Shown here: piece after piece, positions 43,841 to 52,714 of the stretch
Layout: each line of letters starts with the position of its first letter
Position numbering within the stretch: the stretch's first letter is position 1
From: Thermoleophilia bacterium
GTDB lineage: Bacteria > Actinomycetota > Thermoleophilia > Miltoncostaeales > Miltoncostaeaceae
Assembly (NCBI GenBank): GCA_017853415.1
Contig: JAFMJQ010000001.1
Location: 12,924-76,923, forward strand
Length of the DNA stretch: 64,000 bases
Direction: 5' to 3'
Program-made: the position numbers and the translations under genes
The notes under the pieces: generated by a model
The model's database searches: none
The model's input: only the letters and a program-made list of their open reading frames with translations
Told to the model about the DNA's origin: nothing

Positions 43841-45604
43841 GTGCCCATTCAACGCGCCCTCATCCCCGCGGCGATCGCCGCCGCATGCCTCGTGCCCGCG
43901 CTCGCCGCGGGTGCCGTGACGCCGGTTCCCACCAGCGGGGCGGCCGCCGGGAAGGCGACGTCGATCGTGCCCGGCATCTCGTACAAGGTCGTCAAGCGGT
44001 CGGGGCCGCAGGTGCTGCACATCGTCACCTTCCGCGCAAACGCGCTCACCCGGCTCGCGCCGGCCCAGGCGTCGGGATCGCTCACCAAGCGCGCCACGCT
44101 CACCGACGGCATGAGCGCGCGCCTGGCCCAGGGCGCGACGGCCGGCATCAACGCCGACTACTTCGACCTCGCCACGGGCACGCCAAGCGGCATCCTGTCG
44201 GTGGGCACGCGCCTGCTCGCCAGCCCGGAGCCCGCGCGATCGGCGCTCACCATCGGTGCCGGCGGCGTGCTGGGCGTGGGGCGCCTCGCGCTCGCCGGGC
44301 GCTACCAGCGCCTCGACGACACCGCGGCCACCCCGTTCCCCATCCGCACGTTCCGGGCGGTCAACCGTCCGCTGCCCTCCACCTCGAGTACCGGGGTGGT
44401 GGCGTACACGCCGGAGCGCGGCAGCGCCACGCCCACGGGCTCGGTGTACGAGGTGGTCGTCGCGCTCGACGGCGCGGGCGGCCTCGCGGTGAACGGAAAG
44501 GTCGCCGGCACGGTGATCGCACAGGTTCCCGGCGGCGGCGCCACCATCGCAACCGGCCAGGTGGTGCTCTCGGGGAAGAACGGCTCGGGGACGTCGATAC
44601 AGAACGAGCTTCCCAACGGGGCGCGCGTGGAGATCGAGGCCGCGATCCCGGGCATCGGTGCCGATGCCTGGGGCGCCGTGGGCGGTGGACCCATGATCGT
44701 GCAGGGCGGGGTGCCGGTGGCCGATCCCGGTGAGGGATTCACCTCGTCGCAGATGAACGGCCGCACCACGCGCACCGCCGTGGGCCAGACCGCCGACGGC
44801 GCGGTGATCATGGTGGTGTCCGAGGGGCCCCAGCAGGGCGTGCGCGGGTACACGGCCACCGAGCAGGGGCAGATGATGGCGTCGCTCGGTGCCGTGGAGG
44901 CCATCGGGTTCGACTCCGGCGGGTCGTCGCTCATGGCCGTGGGTGCCAACCAGCTCATCCCCTGGAGCGGCGAGCGCGCGATTGCCGACATGCTCGTGGC
45001 GTACTACATGGGGGCGCAGCTCTCGATTCCCGCCGACAACCGCGTGACCCCCAACGGCGACGGCGTGGCCGACTCCATCACCCTCGGCGCCCAGTCGCCG
45101 GTGGCCGGCAAGACCACGGTCACCATCGCGCGACGCGGTGGCGGGTACAGCTCGACGCCCATCGACCGCACCGGCGACCCGGCCTACACGCCCGTCACCA
45201 TCGACCCGAAGGCCCTCGGCATGAAGGAGGGCCCGTACACGGTGACCGCCACCCTCACGCCATCCGATGGCTCGGCGGCCACCAGCCAGAAGCGAATCCT
45301 CGTGGTGGACCGAACCCTGGGCGCGCTGCGCGTGAGCAGCACCGGCGCGAGGAAGAACCGCAAGGTCGTGGCGTCGTTCACCCTCGCGCGCGGCGCCCGC
45401 GTGACCGTGCGGGTGACGTCGTCGACGGGGCGTCTGGTCGCCACGCTCGCCAACGGCAAGCGCATGGCCAAGGGCCGGCGCTCGGTCACCTGGAATGGCA
45501 CGGCGGGCAAGGCCCTCGCCCCGGCCGGGAACTACACGGTGACCGTGCTGGCCACCGGCCCCTACGGGCAGTCGGGCCTGCGCGACACCGTGCGCGTGCG
45601 CTAG
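43841..45604 (+). CDS. Secreted phosphodiester glycosidase (NAGPA/DUF2233) family protein with C-terminal FlgD-Ig-like domains
   Basis: ORF 43772..45604. I prefer the GTG at 43841, which gives the signal peptide VPIQRALIPAAIAAACLVPALAAGA. AGINADYFD, RTAVGQTADGAVIMVVSEG, GFDSGGSSLM. C-terminal TPNGDGVADS ... GNYTVTV. Confidence 0.7.
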   Translation: MPIQRALIPAAIAAACLVPALAAGAVTPVPTSGAAAGKATSIVPGISYKVVKRSGPQVLHIVTFRANALTRLAPAQASGSLTKRATLTDGMSARLAQGATAGINADYFDLATGTPSGILSVGTRLLASPEPARSALTIGAGGVLGVGRLALAGRYQRLDDTAATPFPIRTFRAVNRPLPSTSSTGVVAYTPERGSATPTGSVYEVVVALDGAGGLAVNGKVAGTVIAQVPGGGATIATGQVVLSGKNGSGTSIQNELPNGARVEIEAAIPGIGADAWGAVGGGPMIVQGGVPVADPGEGFTSSQMNGRTTRTAVGQTADGAVIMVVSEGPQQGVRGYTATEQGQMMASLGAVEAIGFDSGGSSLMAVGANQLIPWSGERAIADMLVAYYMGAQLSIPADNRVTPNGDGVADSITLGAQSPVAGKTTVTIARRGGGYSSTPIDRTGDPAYTPVTIDPKALGMKEGPYTVTATLTPSDGSAATSQKRILVVDRTLGALRVSSTGARKNRKVVASFTLARGARVTVRVTSSTGRLVATLANGKRMAKGRRSVTWNGTAGKALAPAGNYTVTVLATGPYGQSGLRDTVRVR

Positions 45605-45608
45605 GGCG

Positions 45609-46649
45609 TCAGCCGGCCGCCGAGGCGGCCTTCACCGATGCGGCGAACTGCGCGAGCGATCCGCCGCCGCTCACGCGCACGCGCGGCAGCTGGGTGAGCG
45701 AGTCGGCGCGCAGAACCGACCCGCCCTCGGTGGTGTAGCCCAGCAGGTAGCCCGCCTTCGCCACCGACGCCGCGGAGGCCGCGTCGTTGCGCCCCGCCGG
45801 ATAGCAGAACCACCGCACCGGATGGCCCACGAGCTTCTCGAGCTCCTTGCGCGACTGGCTGAGCTGCTGCATGCGCGATGCCTCGCTGAGCGACGGCAGC
45901 TCGAGGTGATCGACCGTGTGCGACCCGATGTCCATGCCGGCGGCACTGAGGCGCTTTACCTGCGCGGCGTCGAGGAACGCGCGCTCGCCGATGCGGCTGG
46001 AGATGATGAAGAACGTGGCCGGCCACTTGAGCGGCTCGAGCACCGGCAGGACGTCCTTCACCATGTCGATGTAGCCGTCGTCGAACGTGAGCACCACCGG
46101 CTTCTTCGGCAGGGCCGCGCCATCCTCGATGGCGCGGAAGAGCTCGGCCTGGCTGATCGCCGTGTATCCATTGCGCTTGAGCCACGCCACCTGCTCGCGG
46201 AACTCCTTCGGCGTGATCGTGAGGCCGTACGACGTGGCGTTCGTGGCCGTCGACATCGGCGCCACCCGGTGGTACATGAGCACGGGAACCGTCACCTTGG
46301 CGCGCGCGGGGCTCCCCGAGGCCTTCAGCCCGTAGTCACGTTCGTGGGCGTCCCGCGGGGCATCCTGCGTCGCGGCGGTCGTGGTGGCGGGCCGCGCGGT
46401 GGAGCGCGACGATGGCGCGGTGGACGTGCCGGTGGCCGCGGTGCCGGGAGGCGGCTCGGCCTGGGCCGTCGCGCCGTCGGATCCCCCGCGCAGGCTCCAG
46501 CTCGGATTCACCGCCCAGGCAACGGCCAGCACGGCCGCCAGCACGAGCACCGACCAGAAGGCCACGTCGCGACGTCGCTTCGCCGTGCGCGCCCGGGCCT
46601 GCTCACGCCGGCGGGCGGATCGGTCGTCCTGGGGAGGGCCGTCCATCAC
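45609..46649 (-). CDS. Polysaccharide deacetylase (NodB homology domain), membrane-anchored
   Basis: ORF 45609..46649. TM anchor, VPVLMYHRV, LTFDDGY, GSHTVDH, FCYPAG. Confidence 0.8.
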   Translation of the reverse strand: MMDGPPQDDRSARRREQARARTAKRRRDVAFWSVLVLAAVLAVAWAVNPSWSLRGGSDGATAQAEPPPGTAATGTSTAPSSRSTARPATTTAATQDAPRDAHERDYGLKASGSPARAKVTVPVLMYHRVAPMSTATNATSYGLTITPKEFREQVAWLKRNGYTAISQAELFRAIEDGAALPKKPVVLTFDDGYIDMVKDVLPVLEPLKWPATFFIISSRIGERAFLDAAQVKRLSAAGMDIGSHTVDHLELPSLSEASRMQQLSQSRKELEKLVGHPVRWFCYPAGRNDAASAASVAKAGYLLGYTTEGGSVLRADSLTQLPRVRVSGGGSLAQFAASVKAASAAG

Positions 46650-46669
46650 GGGCGCAGCCTAGTGCGGCG

Positions 46670-47704
46670 TCAGGCGCCCACGATGCTGCGCAGGCGCGCC
46701 ACCACGTCCACGGGCCGCGGCGTGGCCGCGGATACCACGATGGTGGTCACGCCGACGTCGGCGAGCGCATCGAGGCGCTGCCCCACGTGCGCGGCGCTTC
46801 CCACCAGCGCGAGGGCGTCGAGCATCGCGTCAGTCACATGCGCCTCGGCCTCGGCCTTCTGCCCCGCGAGCGCGGCATCGCGAATGCGCTCGCATTCGGC
46901 CGCAAAGCCCATGGCGGCCACGGCGTCGCGGTAGTAGTTGCGATCGCGCGAGCCCATCGAGCCCACGTAGAAGGCGATCTCGCGGCGTGCGGCCGCCCGC
47001 GCCGCCTCTGCCCCCGCACCCTCGCCCACCCAGCACACGGCAGAGGCCATGATGGCCAGCGCACCCAGAGGCGGCTGCCGCCGTGCCGTGCCGGCCGCGA
47101 GGGCGTCGGCCCAGGGGCCGCGGATGGCCTCGGGCGTGGCGAAGAGCGGCCACCAGCCATCGGCATGTTCCGCCGCCAGGCGCACTCCCCCCGGGGCGAG
47201 CGCCGCCACCACGATCGGCACCCGATCGCGCTCGGGCCGGGTGATCATCCGCAGGGCCTTGCCGGACCCCATGCCGCGACCCGGCGGCAGGGGAATCGGA
47301 CGCGGTCCGTCCACCTCGAGCACCTCCCGTCGCCACGCCATGCGGCACGCCGTGATGGCCTCGCGCAGCTCACCGAGGGGACGATCGAAGGGCACGCCGT
47401 GCCAGCCCTCCACCACCTGCGGGCCCGAGGTGCCGAGGCCGGCCACCGCACGGCCGCCCGACAGGGAATCCGCACCCGCGAAGGTCTGCGCGATCAGGGC
47501 CGGGCTGCGCGAGTAGACCGGCAGCACCGCGCCGATGCCCAGGCGCGTGGTGCTCGCGGCGATGGCCCCCATGAGGGTGGGCGCGTCGAACCCCCACGTC
47601 TCGGGAATCCACACCTCGTCGGCGCCGGAATCCTCGGCCCGCACGGCGAGGTCGAGGGACGTTCGCGGGGCCGCCATGTGATCGAGGGCGAGGGCGATGC
47701 GCAC
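46670..47704 (-). CDS. LLM-class (luciferase-like) F420/flavin-dependent oxidoreductase
   Basis: ORF 46670..47704. DSGADEVWIPETWGFDA, RLGIGAVLPVYSRSPA, GLGTSGPQVVEGWHGVPF. Confidence 0.8.
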   Translation of the reverse strand: MRIALALDHMAAPRTSLDLAVRAEDSGADEVWIPETWGFDAPTLMGAIAASTTRLGIGAVLPVYSRSPALIAQTFAGADSLSGGRAVAGLGTSGPQVVEGWHGVPFDRPLGELREAITACRMAWRREVLEVDGPRPIPLPPGRGMGSGKALRMITRPERDRVPIVVAALAPGGVRLAAEHADGWWPLFATPEAIRGPWADALAAGTARRQPPLGALAIMASAVCWVGEGAGAEAARAAARREIAFYVGSMGSRDRNYYRDAVAAMGFAAECERIRDAALAGQKAEAEAHVTDAMLDALALVGSAAHVGQRLDALADVGVTTIVVSAATPRPVDVVARLRSIVGA

Positions 47705-47757
47705 GGGCCGATCGTACGCCGCAATCGCCGGTTCGCGGGTATGGCGTGCAGGGTTTT

Positions 47758-47773
47758 CCGGATTGCAATGCGG
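47758..47773. promoter_or_regulatory. Near-palindrome CCGGATTGCAATGCGG in the divergent promoter region upstream of the E1-lipoyl-KASIII gene; candidate operator
   Basis: The core ATTGCAAT is a perfect 8-bp palindrome and the flanks are 2 mismatches from a 16-bp palindrome. It lies in a visibly lower-GC 230-bp gap. A second inverted repeat, CATGCGTC (47782-47789) / GACGCATG (47814-47821), follows. Confidence 0.2.
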
Positions 47774-47934
47774 ACGCTGGACATGCGTCCGTATGCGCGT
47801 CTATCGTCGCTGTGACGCATGCCCGGGCGGACGTTTCAGATCGCCCTCCTGTCCACGAGACGATCGGCGAGTAACTGAGCACCGCAGGAACGCAGGTCGA
47901 GGCCCGGGCACGCTCGCTCGCGGCCCTCAGGGCC

Positions 47935-50900
47935 ATGATGAGCGCGCGCTGGATCGACGCGGTCGAGGAGGAGCTCGTGCAGCGCGGCGAGGCCTTCTTC
48001 CAGCTGGGAGGCGCCGGGCACGAGGCATCGGCCGTGCTGGCCGACCACCTGGGCCCCCAGGACTGGCTGCAGCCGCACTACCGCTCGCGCGCCCTGCTCG
48101 TGCGCAGGGGAATCGCCCCGCAGAGGTTCTTCGACGGACTGCTCTCCACCGCCGACTCCGACTCGGCCGGGCGTCAGATGCCGGCCTTCCTGCACGACCC
48201 CGAACTGCACGTGCTGCCGATGACCGTGCCCACGGGCAACGGACTGCTGCATGCCGTGGGCGTGGCCCGTGAGGTGGCGGGCAACCCCGGCCGCCCGATC
48301 GTGGTGGCGGGCGTGGGCGACGGCACCACCCAGCAGGGCGAGGTGATGGAGGCCATCGGCGAGGCCGCCCGTGAGGGCCTTCCCGTGCTGTTCTGGATCG
48401 AGGACAACGGGTACGCGATCTCCACGCACACCAGCGGACGCACGATCTACGACACCGTCGGCGGCCCCGCAGCCGAGTTCCTCGGCGTGCCGATCGTGCG
48501 CGCCGACGGCCGCGACCCCGTGGCGCTCGAGGTGGTGGCCGCGCGGGCGGTGCAGGACGTCCGTGAGGCCCGACGCCCGGTGGTGCTCGTGGCCCAGGTG
48601 GAGCGCCTCACCCACCACACCAACGCCGACGACGAGTCGGTGTATCGCGACGCCGCCGAGCGCGCCGCCGCCCGCGCGGGCGACCCCATCGCCGCGCTGC
48701 GCGACAACCTGATCGCCGACGGCGTGCCCGCCGACGAGCTGGTGGCGCTCGACCGCGAGGTGGAGGCCGAGGTGCGCGCCGCCGCCGCGCGCGCGCTGGC
48801 GGCGCCCGATCCCGTGGCGTCGCGCCGGGCGATCCGCCCGGTGTCGACCGATGTCATCGCGCGGGCCAGTGCCCCCGCCGACCCCGCGGACGGCCCGCCG
48901 CGCACGATGCTCGAGGCCATGCGCGACGTGCTCGCGCGGCGCCTTGCCGCCGACGAGCGCGTGTCGCTGATGGGCCAGGACATCGAGGACCCCAAGGGCG
49001 ACGTGTTCGGCCTCACGCGCGGGCTGTCCACCGCGCATCCGGGTCGGGTCACCAACGCACCGCTGAGCGAGTCGACCATCGTCGGAACCGCCATCGGGCG
49101 CGCGCTCGCCGGCGGACGCCCCGTGGCGATGATCCAGTTCGCCGACTTCCTGCCGCTGGCGTTCAACCAGATCGCGTCCGAACTCGCCACCATCTACTGG
49201 CGCACCGCCGGCGCGTGGTCCACCCCCGTGGTCATCCTCGCCCCGTGCGGGGCGTACCGACCGGGCCTCGGGCCGTTCCACGCGCAGACGATGGAGGCCA
49301 CGTTCGCCCACATCCCGGGGCTCGACGTCGCCATGCCCAGCACGGCCGACGATGCCGCGGGCGTGCTCGAGGCCGCGCTGGACGGAGATCGCCCCACGCT
49401 CATCCTCTATCCCAAGACCTGCCTCAACGACCCCGCGCGGGCGACCCGCGTGGCGGGCGAGCATCGCCCGGTCGTTCCCGGGCACGCCGCGGTGCGGCAC
49501 CGGGGCGACGACGTCACCATCGTGGCGTGGGGCTCCACGGCGCCCATCGCGGAGCGTGCGGCGGCCGTGCTCGACGCCGCCGGCGTGGGCGTCGACCTCA
49601 TCGACCTGCGGTCGATCGCCCCGTGGGACATGGAGGCCGTCACCGCCAGCGCCGCGCGCACGCGCCGCCTGGTGGTGGTGCACGAGGACAACCTCACCGG
49701 AGGCTTCGGGGCCGAGGTGGTGGCGCACGTGTCCGATCACCTCGAGGGCGAGCTCACCACGCGCCGCATCGCGCGCCCGGACACCTGGGTGCCCAACAAC
49801 TACGTCAACCAGGTCGAGGTGCTGCCGGGCACACGCGACGTGGTGGAGGCGGTGGCCGCGATGATCGGCGGCCTCGAGGTGCAGGAGGCCGAGGCCGCGC
49901 AGGAAGTGGACGGCGTGCTGGCCGTCGAGGCCACCGGATCGAGCCCGGCCGACCAGCAGGTGATGGTCGTGGAGTGGCTCGTGGCCGACGGCGACACCGT
50001 CACCGAGGGCCAGGTGATCGCCGAGGCCGAGGGCGACAAGGCCACGTTCGAGCTGGCCGCGCCGGCATCGGGCGAGATCTTCGGCCTGCACGACGAGATG
50101 GAATCGGTGCCGGTGGGCACCGTGCTCGCCAGCATCACCCTCGCCCCGGGTGCCGTTGCCGCGCGCCACCGCCTTCCCGCCGAGCCCACGCTGCGCGTGC
50201 GCCGGGTTCCCGGGCACCAGCCGTCGCCGGTGCGCGCCGCCGCGCCCGCCACGCAGGCGTCCGCCCTGCCGGTGGGCCTGTCGGGAATCTCCGTGCGTGC
50301 CGGTGGGCGAATCCTCACCAACGCCGACATCGCGGCGAGGTTCCCCGGACGCACCGAGGCCGACATCGTCCGGCGCACGGGAATCCGCCAGCGCCCCGTG
50401 CTGGCCCCGGGCGAGGACATCGCCGATCTCGCATCGCGCGCGGCGCGCGAGGCGCTGGACGCCGAGGGCCTGGCGCTCGGCGATCTCGAGGCCATCATCG
50501 CGGCCACCGGAACCCCGCCGCGCCTCAGCCCCTCGGTGGCATGCCTGGTGCAGAACGCCCTCGCCGAGCAGGACGGCCCGGCAGACGTTGCCGCCAGCGA
50601 CGTGTCGGCCGCGTGCTCCGGCTACCTCTACGCCATGCAGACGGCGCACGACATGCTGCAGCAGCGCCCCGAGGCATCGGTGCTCGTGCTCACGGCCGAG
50701 GCCATGACCCGCTACGTCGACCCCGACGACTTCGACACCGTCGTGGTGTTCGGGGACGCCGTCACCGCCACCGTGGTGCACGGACCGGCCCGCGCCGGGG
50801 GCTCGCCGGTGCTGCTGCACCGTCCCGTGCTCTCGGCCAGCGGCGACGATGGCTCGGTGATCCGCCACGGCCCCGCCGACGCGGACTTCCTCTTCATGGA

Positions 50901-51234
50901 TGGACCGCGCGTGTACACCCGTGCGGTTCGCGAGATGCTGCGCATGCTCGACCGCGCCGCCGCGCAGACCGGGGCATCCACCGCCGAGTTGATGCACGTC
51001 ATCCCGCATCAGGCCAACGGGCGCATCATCTCGTCGGTGCAGGCCCGCAGCGGACTTCCCGCCGACCGCTTCGTGGTGAACGTCGAGAACTGGGGCAACA
51101 CCTCGTCGTCCACGATCCCCATCGCCATCGCCGAGCACCTCGCGACCTCCCCCACCGGCCTCGGTGGCCTCGTGGCCTTCGGCGCGGGCCTCACGTCGGG
51201 GGCGGCTATCGTGGAGTTCACGGGCAACGACTGA
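47935..51234 (+). CDS. Four-domain fusion: 2-oxoacid dehydrogenase E1-alpha + E1-beta + lipoyl domain + FabH-type 3-oxoacyl synthase III
   Basis: ORF 47935..51234, one frame with no stops.
- aa 1-300, E1-alpha: TPP motif GVGDGTTQQGE..x..WIEDNGYAIS; BCKDH-like RLTHHTNADDESVYRD.
- aa 322-645, E1-beta: LMGQDIEDPKGDVFGLTRGL; ESTIVGTAIGRALAGGRPVAMIQFADFL.
- aa 660-736, lipoyl domain: VVEWLVADGDTVTEGQVIAEAEGDKATFEL, Lys702.
- aa 780-1097, KAS III: TGIRQR; AACSGYLY Cys894; PHQANGRI His1025; WGNTSSST Asn1055. Confidence 0.85.
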   Translation: MMSARWIDAVEEELVQRGEAFFQLGGAGHEASAVLADHLGPQDWLQPHYRSRALLVRRGIAPQRFFDGLLSTADSDSAGRQMPAFLHDPELHVLPMTVPTGNGLLHAVGVAREVAGNPGRPIVVAGVGDGTTQQGEVMEAIGEAAREGLPVLFWIEDNGYAISTHTSGRTIYDTVGGPAAEFLGVPIVRADGRDPVALEVVAARAVQDVREARRPVVLVAQVERLTHHTNADDESVYRDAAERAAARAGDPIAALRDNLIADGVPADELVALDREVEAEVRAAAARALAAPDPVASRRAIRPVSTDVIARASAPADPADGPPRTMLEAMRDVLARRLAADERVSLMGQDIEDPKGDVFGLTRGLSTAHPGRVTNAPLSESTIVGTAIGRALAGGRPVAMIQFADFLPLAFNQIASELATIYWRTAGAWSTPVVILAPCGAYRPGLGPFHAQTMEATFAHIPGLDVAMPSTADDAAGVLEAALDGDRPTLILYPKTCLNDPARATRVAGEHRPVVPGHAAVRHRGDDVTIVAWGSTAPIAERAAAVLDAAGVGVDLIDLRSIAPWDMEAVTASAARTRRLVVVHEDNLTGGFGAEVVAHVSDHLEGELTTRRIARPDTWVPNNYVNQVEVLPGTRDVVEAVAAMIGGLEVQEAEAAQEVDGVLAVEATGSSPADQQVMVVEWLVADGDTVTEGQVIAEAEGDKATFELAAPASGEIFGLHDEMESVPVGTVLASITLAPGAVAARHRLPAEPTLRVRRVPGHQPSPVRAAAPATQASALPVGLSGISVRAGGRILTNADIAARFPGRTEADIVRRTGIRQRPVLAPGEDIADLASRAAREALDAEGLALGDLEAIIAATGTPPRLSPSVACLVQNALAEQDGPADVAASDVSAACSGYLYAMQTAHDMLQQRPEASVLVLTAEAMTRYVDPDDFDTVVVFGDAVTATVVHGPARAGGSPVLLHRPVLSASGDDGSVIRHGPADADFLFMDGPRVYTRAVREMLRMLDRAAAQTGASTAELMHVIPHQANGRIISSVQARSGLPADRFVVNVENWGNTSSSTIPIAIAEHLATSPTGLGGLVAFGAGLTSGAAIVEFTGND

Positions 51235-51247
51235 CCGGGAGCGCGGC

Positions 51248-51649
51248 ATGGCATCTGTCGAGTACTCGCTGGCGATCGAGGTGGACCGCGACTTCGAGGA
51301 CGTGGTGGCCACCACCCGCGAGGCCCTCGCGGCAGAGGGCTTCGGCGTGCTCACCGAGATCGACGTCAAGGCCACGATGAAGGCGAAGCTCGACGTCGAC
51401 CGCGACGAGTACCTGATCCTCGGTGCCTGCAACCCGCCGCTGGCGCACCGGGCGCTGGAGGCCGAGCCGGAGCTCGGCGTGCTGCTGCCCTGCAACGTGG
51501 TGATCTACCGCACCGGCGGGAAGACCCGCGTGAGCGCCGTGGCCGCCGAGCAGATGCTCGGCATGGTGGGCAACGACGACCTCGCGCCGGTGGCCACCGA
51601 GGTGGCCGAGCGCCTCGACCGCGTGCTCGCGGCCGTGGCCTCCGCCTAG
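51248..51649 (+). CDS. DUF302 domain protein
   Basis: In-frame ATG at 51248 of ORF 51164..51649, 13 nt after the fusion-gene stop. EGFGVLTEIDVKATMKAKL...YLILGACNP..A..AL..EPELGVLLPCNVVIY, a typical DUF302 pattern. Confidence 0.75.
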   Translation: MASVEYSLAIEVDRDFEDVVATTREALAAEGFGVLTEIDVKATMKAKLDVDRDEYLILGACNPPLAHRALEAEPELGVLLPCNVVIYRTGGKTRVSAVAAEQMLGMVGNDDLAPVATEVAERLDRVLAAVASA

Positions 51650-51664
51650 CGCCGCCCCGCGGGG

Positions 51665-52459
51665 CTAATCCGGCTGCGCGGCGGCCTCGAGGATGCGCCG
51701 GGCGTCCTCGGGCCCCAACCCCCGCCGGGCCAGCCACCCCAGCGCCCGACGCCGGTCCTTCGGGTCGGTGCCCTGGGCCGGGTAGCGGCGCCGCACCTGC
51801 CGGATGAGCTCATCGGCCTCCGGTGCCACCTCGCCGCGCGACGGCCGCGTGCCCTCGTCGGGTCGCACGGCCTCGCGCACGGCCTGGGGCGGCAGCCCGA
51901 GGCGCACCAGCCGGTCGGCCATGCGCGTGCGGTCTGCGGCGCTCTCGGGGATGCCCCGGCGCGCGACCGCGACCTCCAGCACGTGGGCGTCGTGGCCCTC
52001 GGGCAGCGCCTCGTCGAGCGCCCTCGCCACCACCTCGTTCGCGAACCCCACCCTCAGCATCTCGGACCGGATACGCCGCGACGCCCACCCGCGGGTGGCC
52101 AGGCGCTCCACCCGCGTGCGGGCGTTGTCGTCCTCATCCGACAGGCCCGCAGCCGAAAGCCGTGCGAGCACCGCCGCGATCTGTGGGTCGGTGGCACGGC
52201 GGTCGCGCATGCGCTGCACCACCTCGCGATGCGACCGGCCGCGGGCGACGGTGAACCGCAGGGCCGCCTCCCAGAGCCTCTCGAGGGCCGCGGCCTCCTC
52301 GATCTGCTCCACGCGGGCGGCGTCCATCTGCTCGCCGGTCGACAGGCCGAGGTCGGCGACCAGGTGCACGGGAAGCCGGAGCCAGGGCGACCCATCGCGC
52401 TCCACCCTGATCGCCGCGCCATTCGATGACGCGCGGAGCGCCGTGATGACGGAGATCAC
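51665..52459 (-). CDS. recX: RecX-family regulatory protein (long form)
   Basis: ORF 51665..52459. Repeated three-helix RecX-like modules (ALRFTVARGRSHREVVQRMRDRRA.DPQIAAVLARLSAAGLSDE; RVERLATRGWASRRIRSEMLRVGF; ALGWLARRGLGPEDA). No recA adjacent. Confidence 0.6.
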   Translation of the reverse strand: MISVITALRASSNGAAIRVERDGSPWLRLPVHLVADLGLSTGEQMDAARVEQIEEAAALERLWEAALRFTVARGRSHREVVQRMRDRRATDPQIAAVLARLSAAGLSDEDDNARTRVERLATRGWASRRIRSEMLRVGFANEVVARALDEALPEGHDAHVLEVAVARRGIPESAADRTRMADRLVRLGLPPQAVREAVRPDEGTRPSRGEVAPEADELIRQVRRRYPAQGTDPKDRRRALGWLARRGLGPEDARRILEAAAQPD

Positions 52460-52475
52460 GGCGCGGGTGCCGCTG

Positions 52476-52676
52476 CTAGCCCTCGCGCGGGACCTCGTTC
52501 GCGCACCGCATGCATCGCCACACGGGGTGCATGCGGTCGCGGGCGACGGGGCTGGCCCCGTCGAGGTCGTGCGTGCGCATCTTGCGCTGGGTCGCGAAGG
52601 TGGCCGCGCCGCACTTCGGGCACGGGGGCGCGCCCTCGGTGGCGTTCAGCTCGGTGGTGGTCTCGTTCTCTGCCAT
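52476..52676 (-). CDS. Small zinc-ribbon protein (66 aa), hypothetical
   Basis: ORF 52476..52676. CPKCG ... CMRC pairs. Lies 16 nt upstream of recX on the same strand. Confidence 0.45.
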   Translation of the reverse strand: MAENETTTELNATEGAPPCPKCGAATFATQRKMRTHDLDGASPVARDRMHPVWRCMRCANEVPREG

Positions 52677-52714
52677 GGGTCAACCATACCGCCCGGGGGG
52701 CCCTGCCGTGGACG

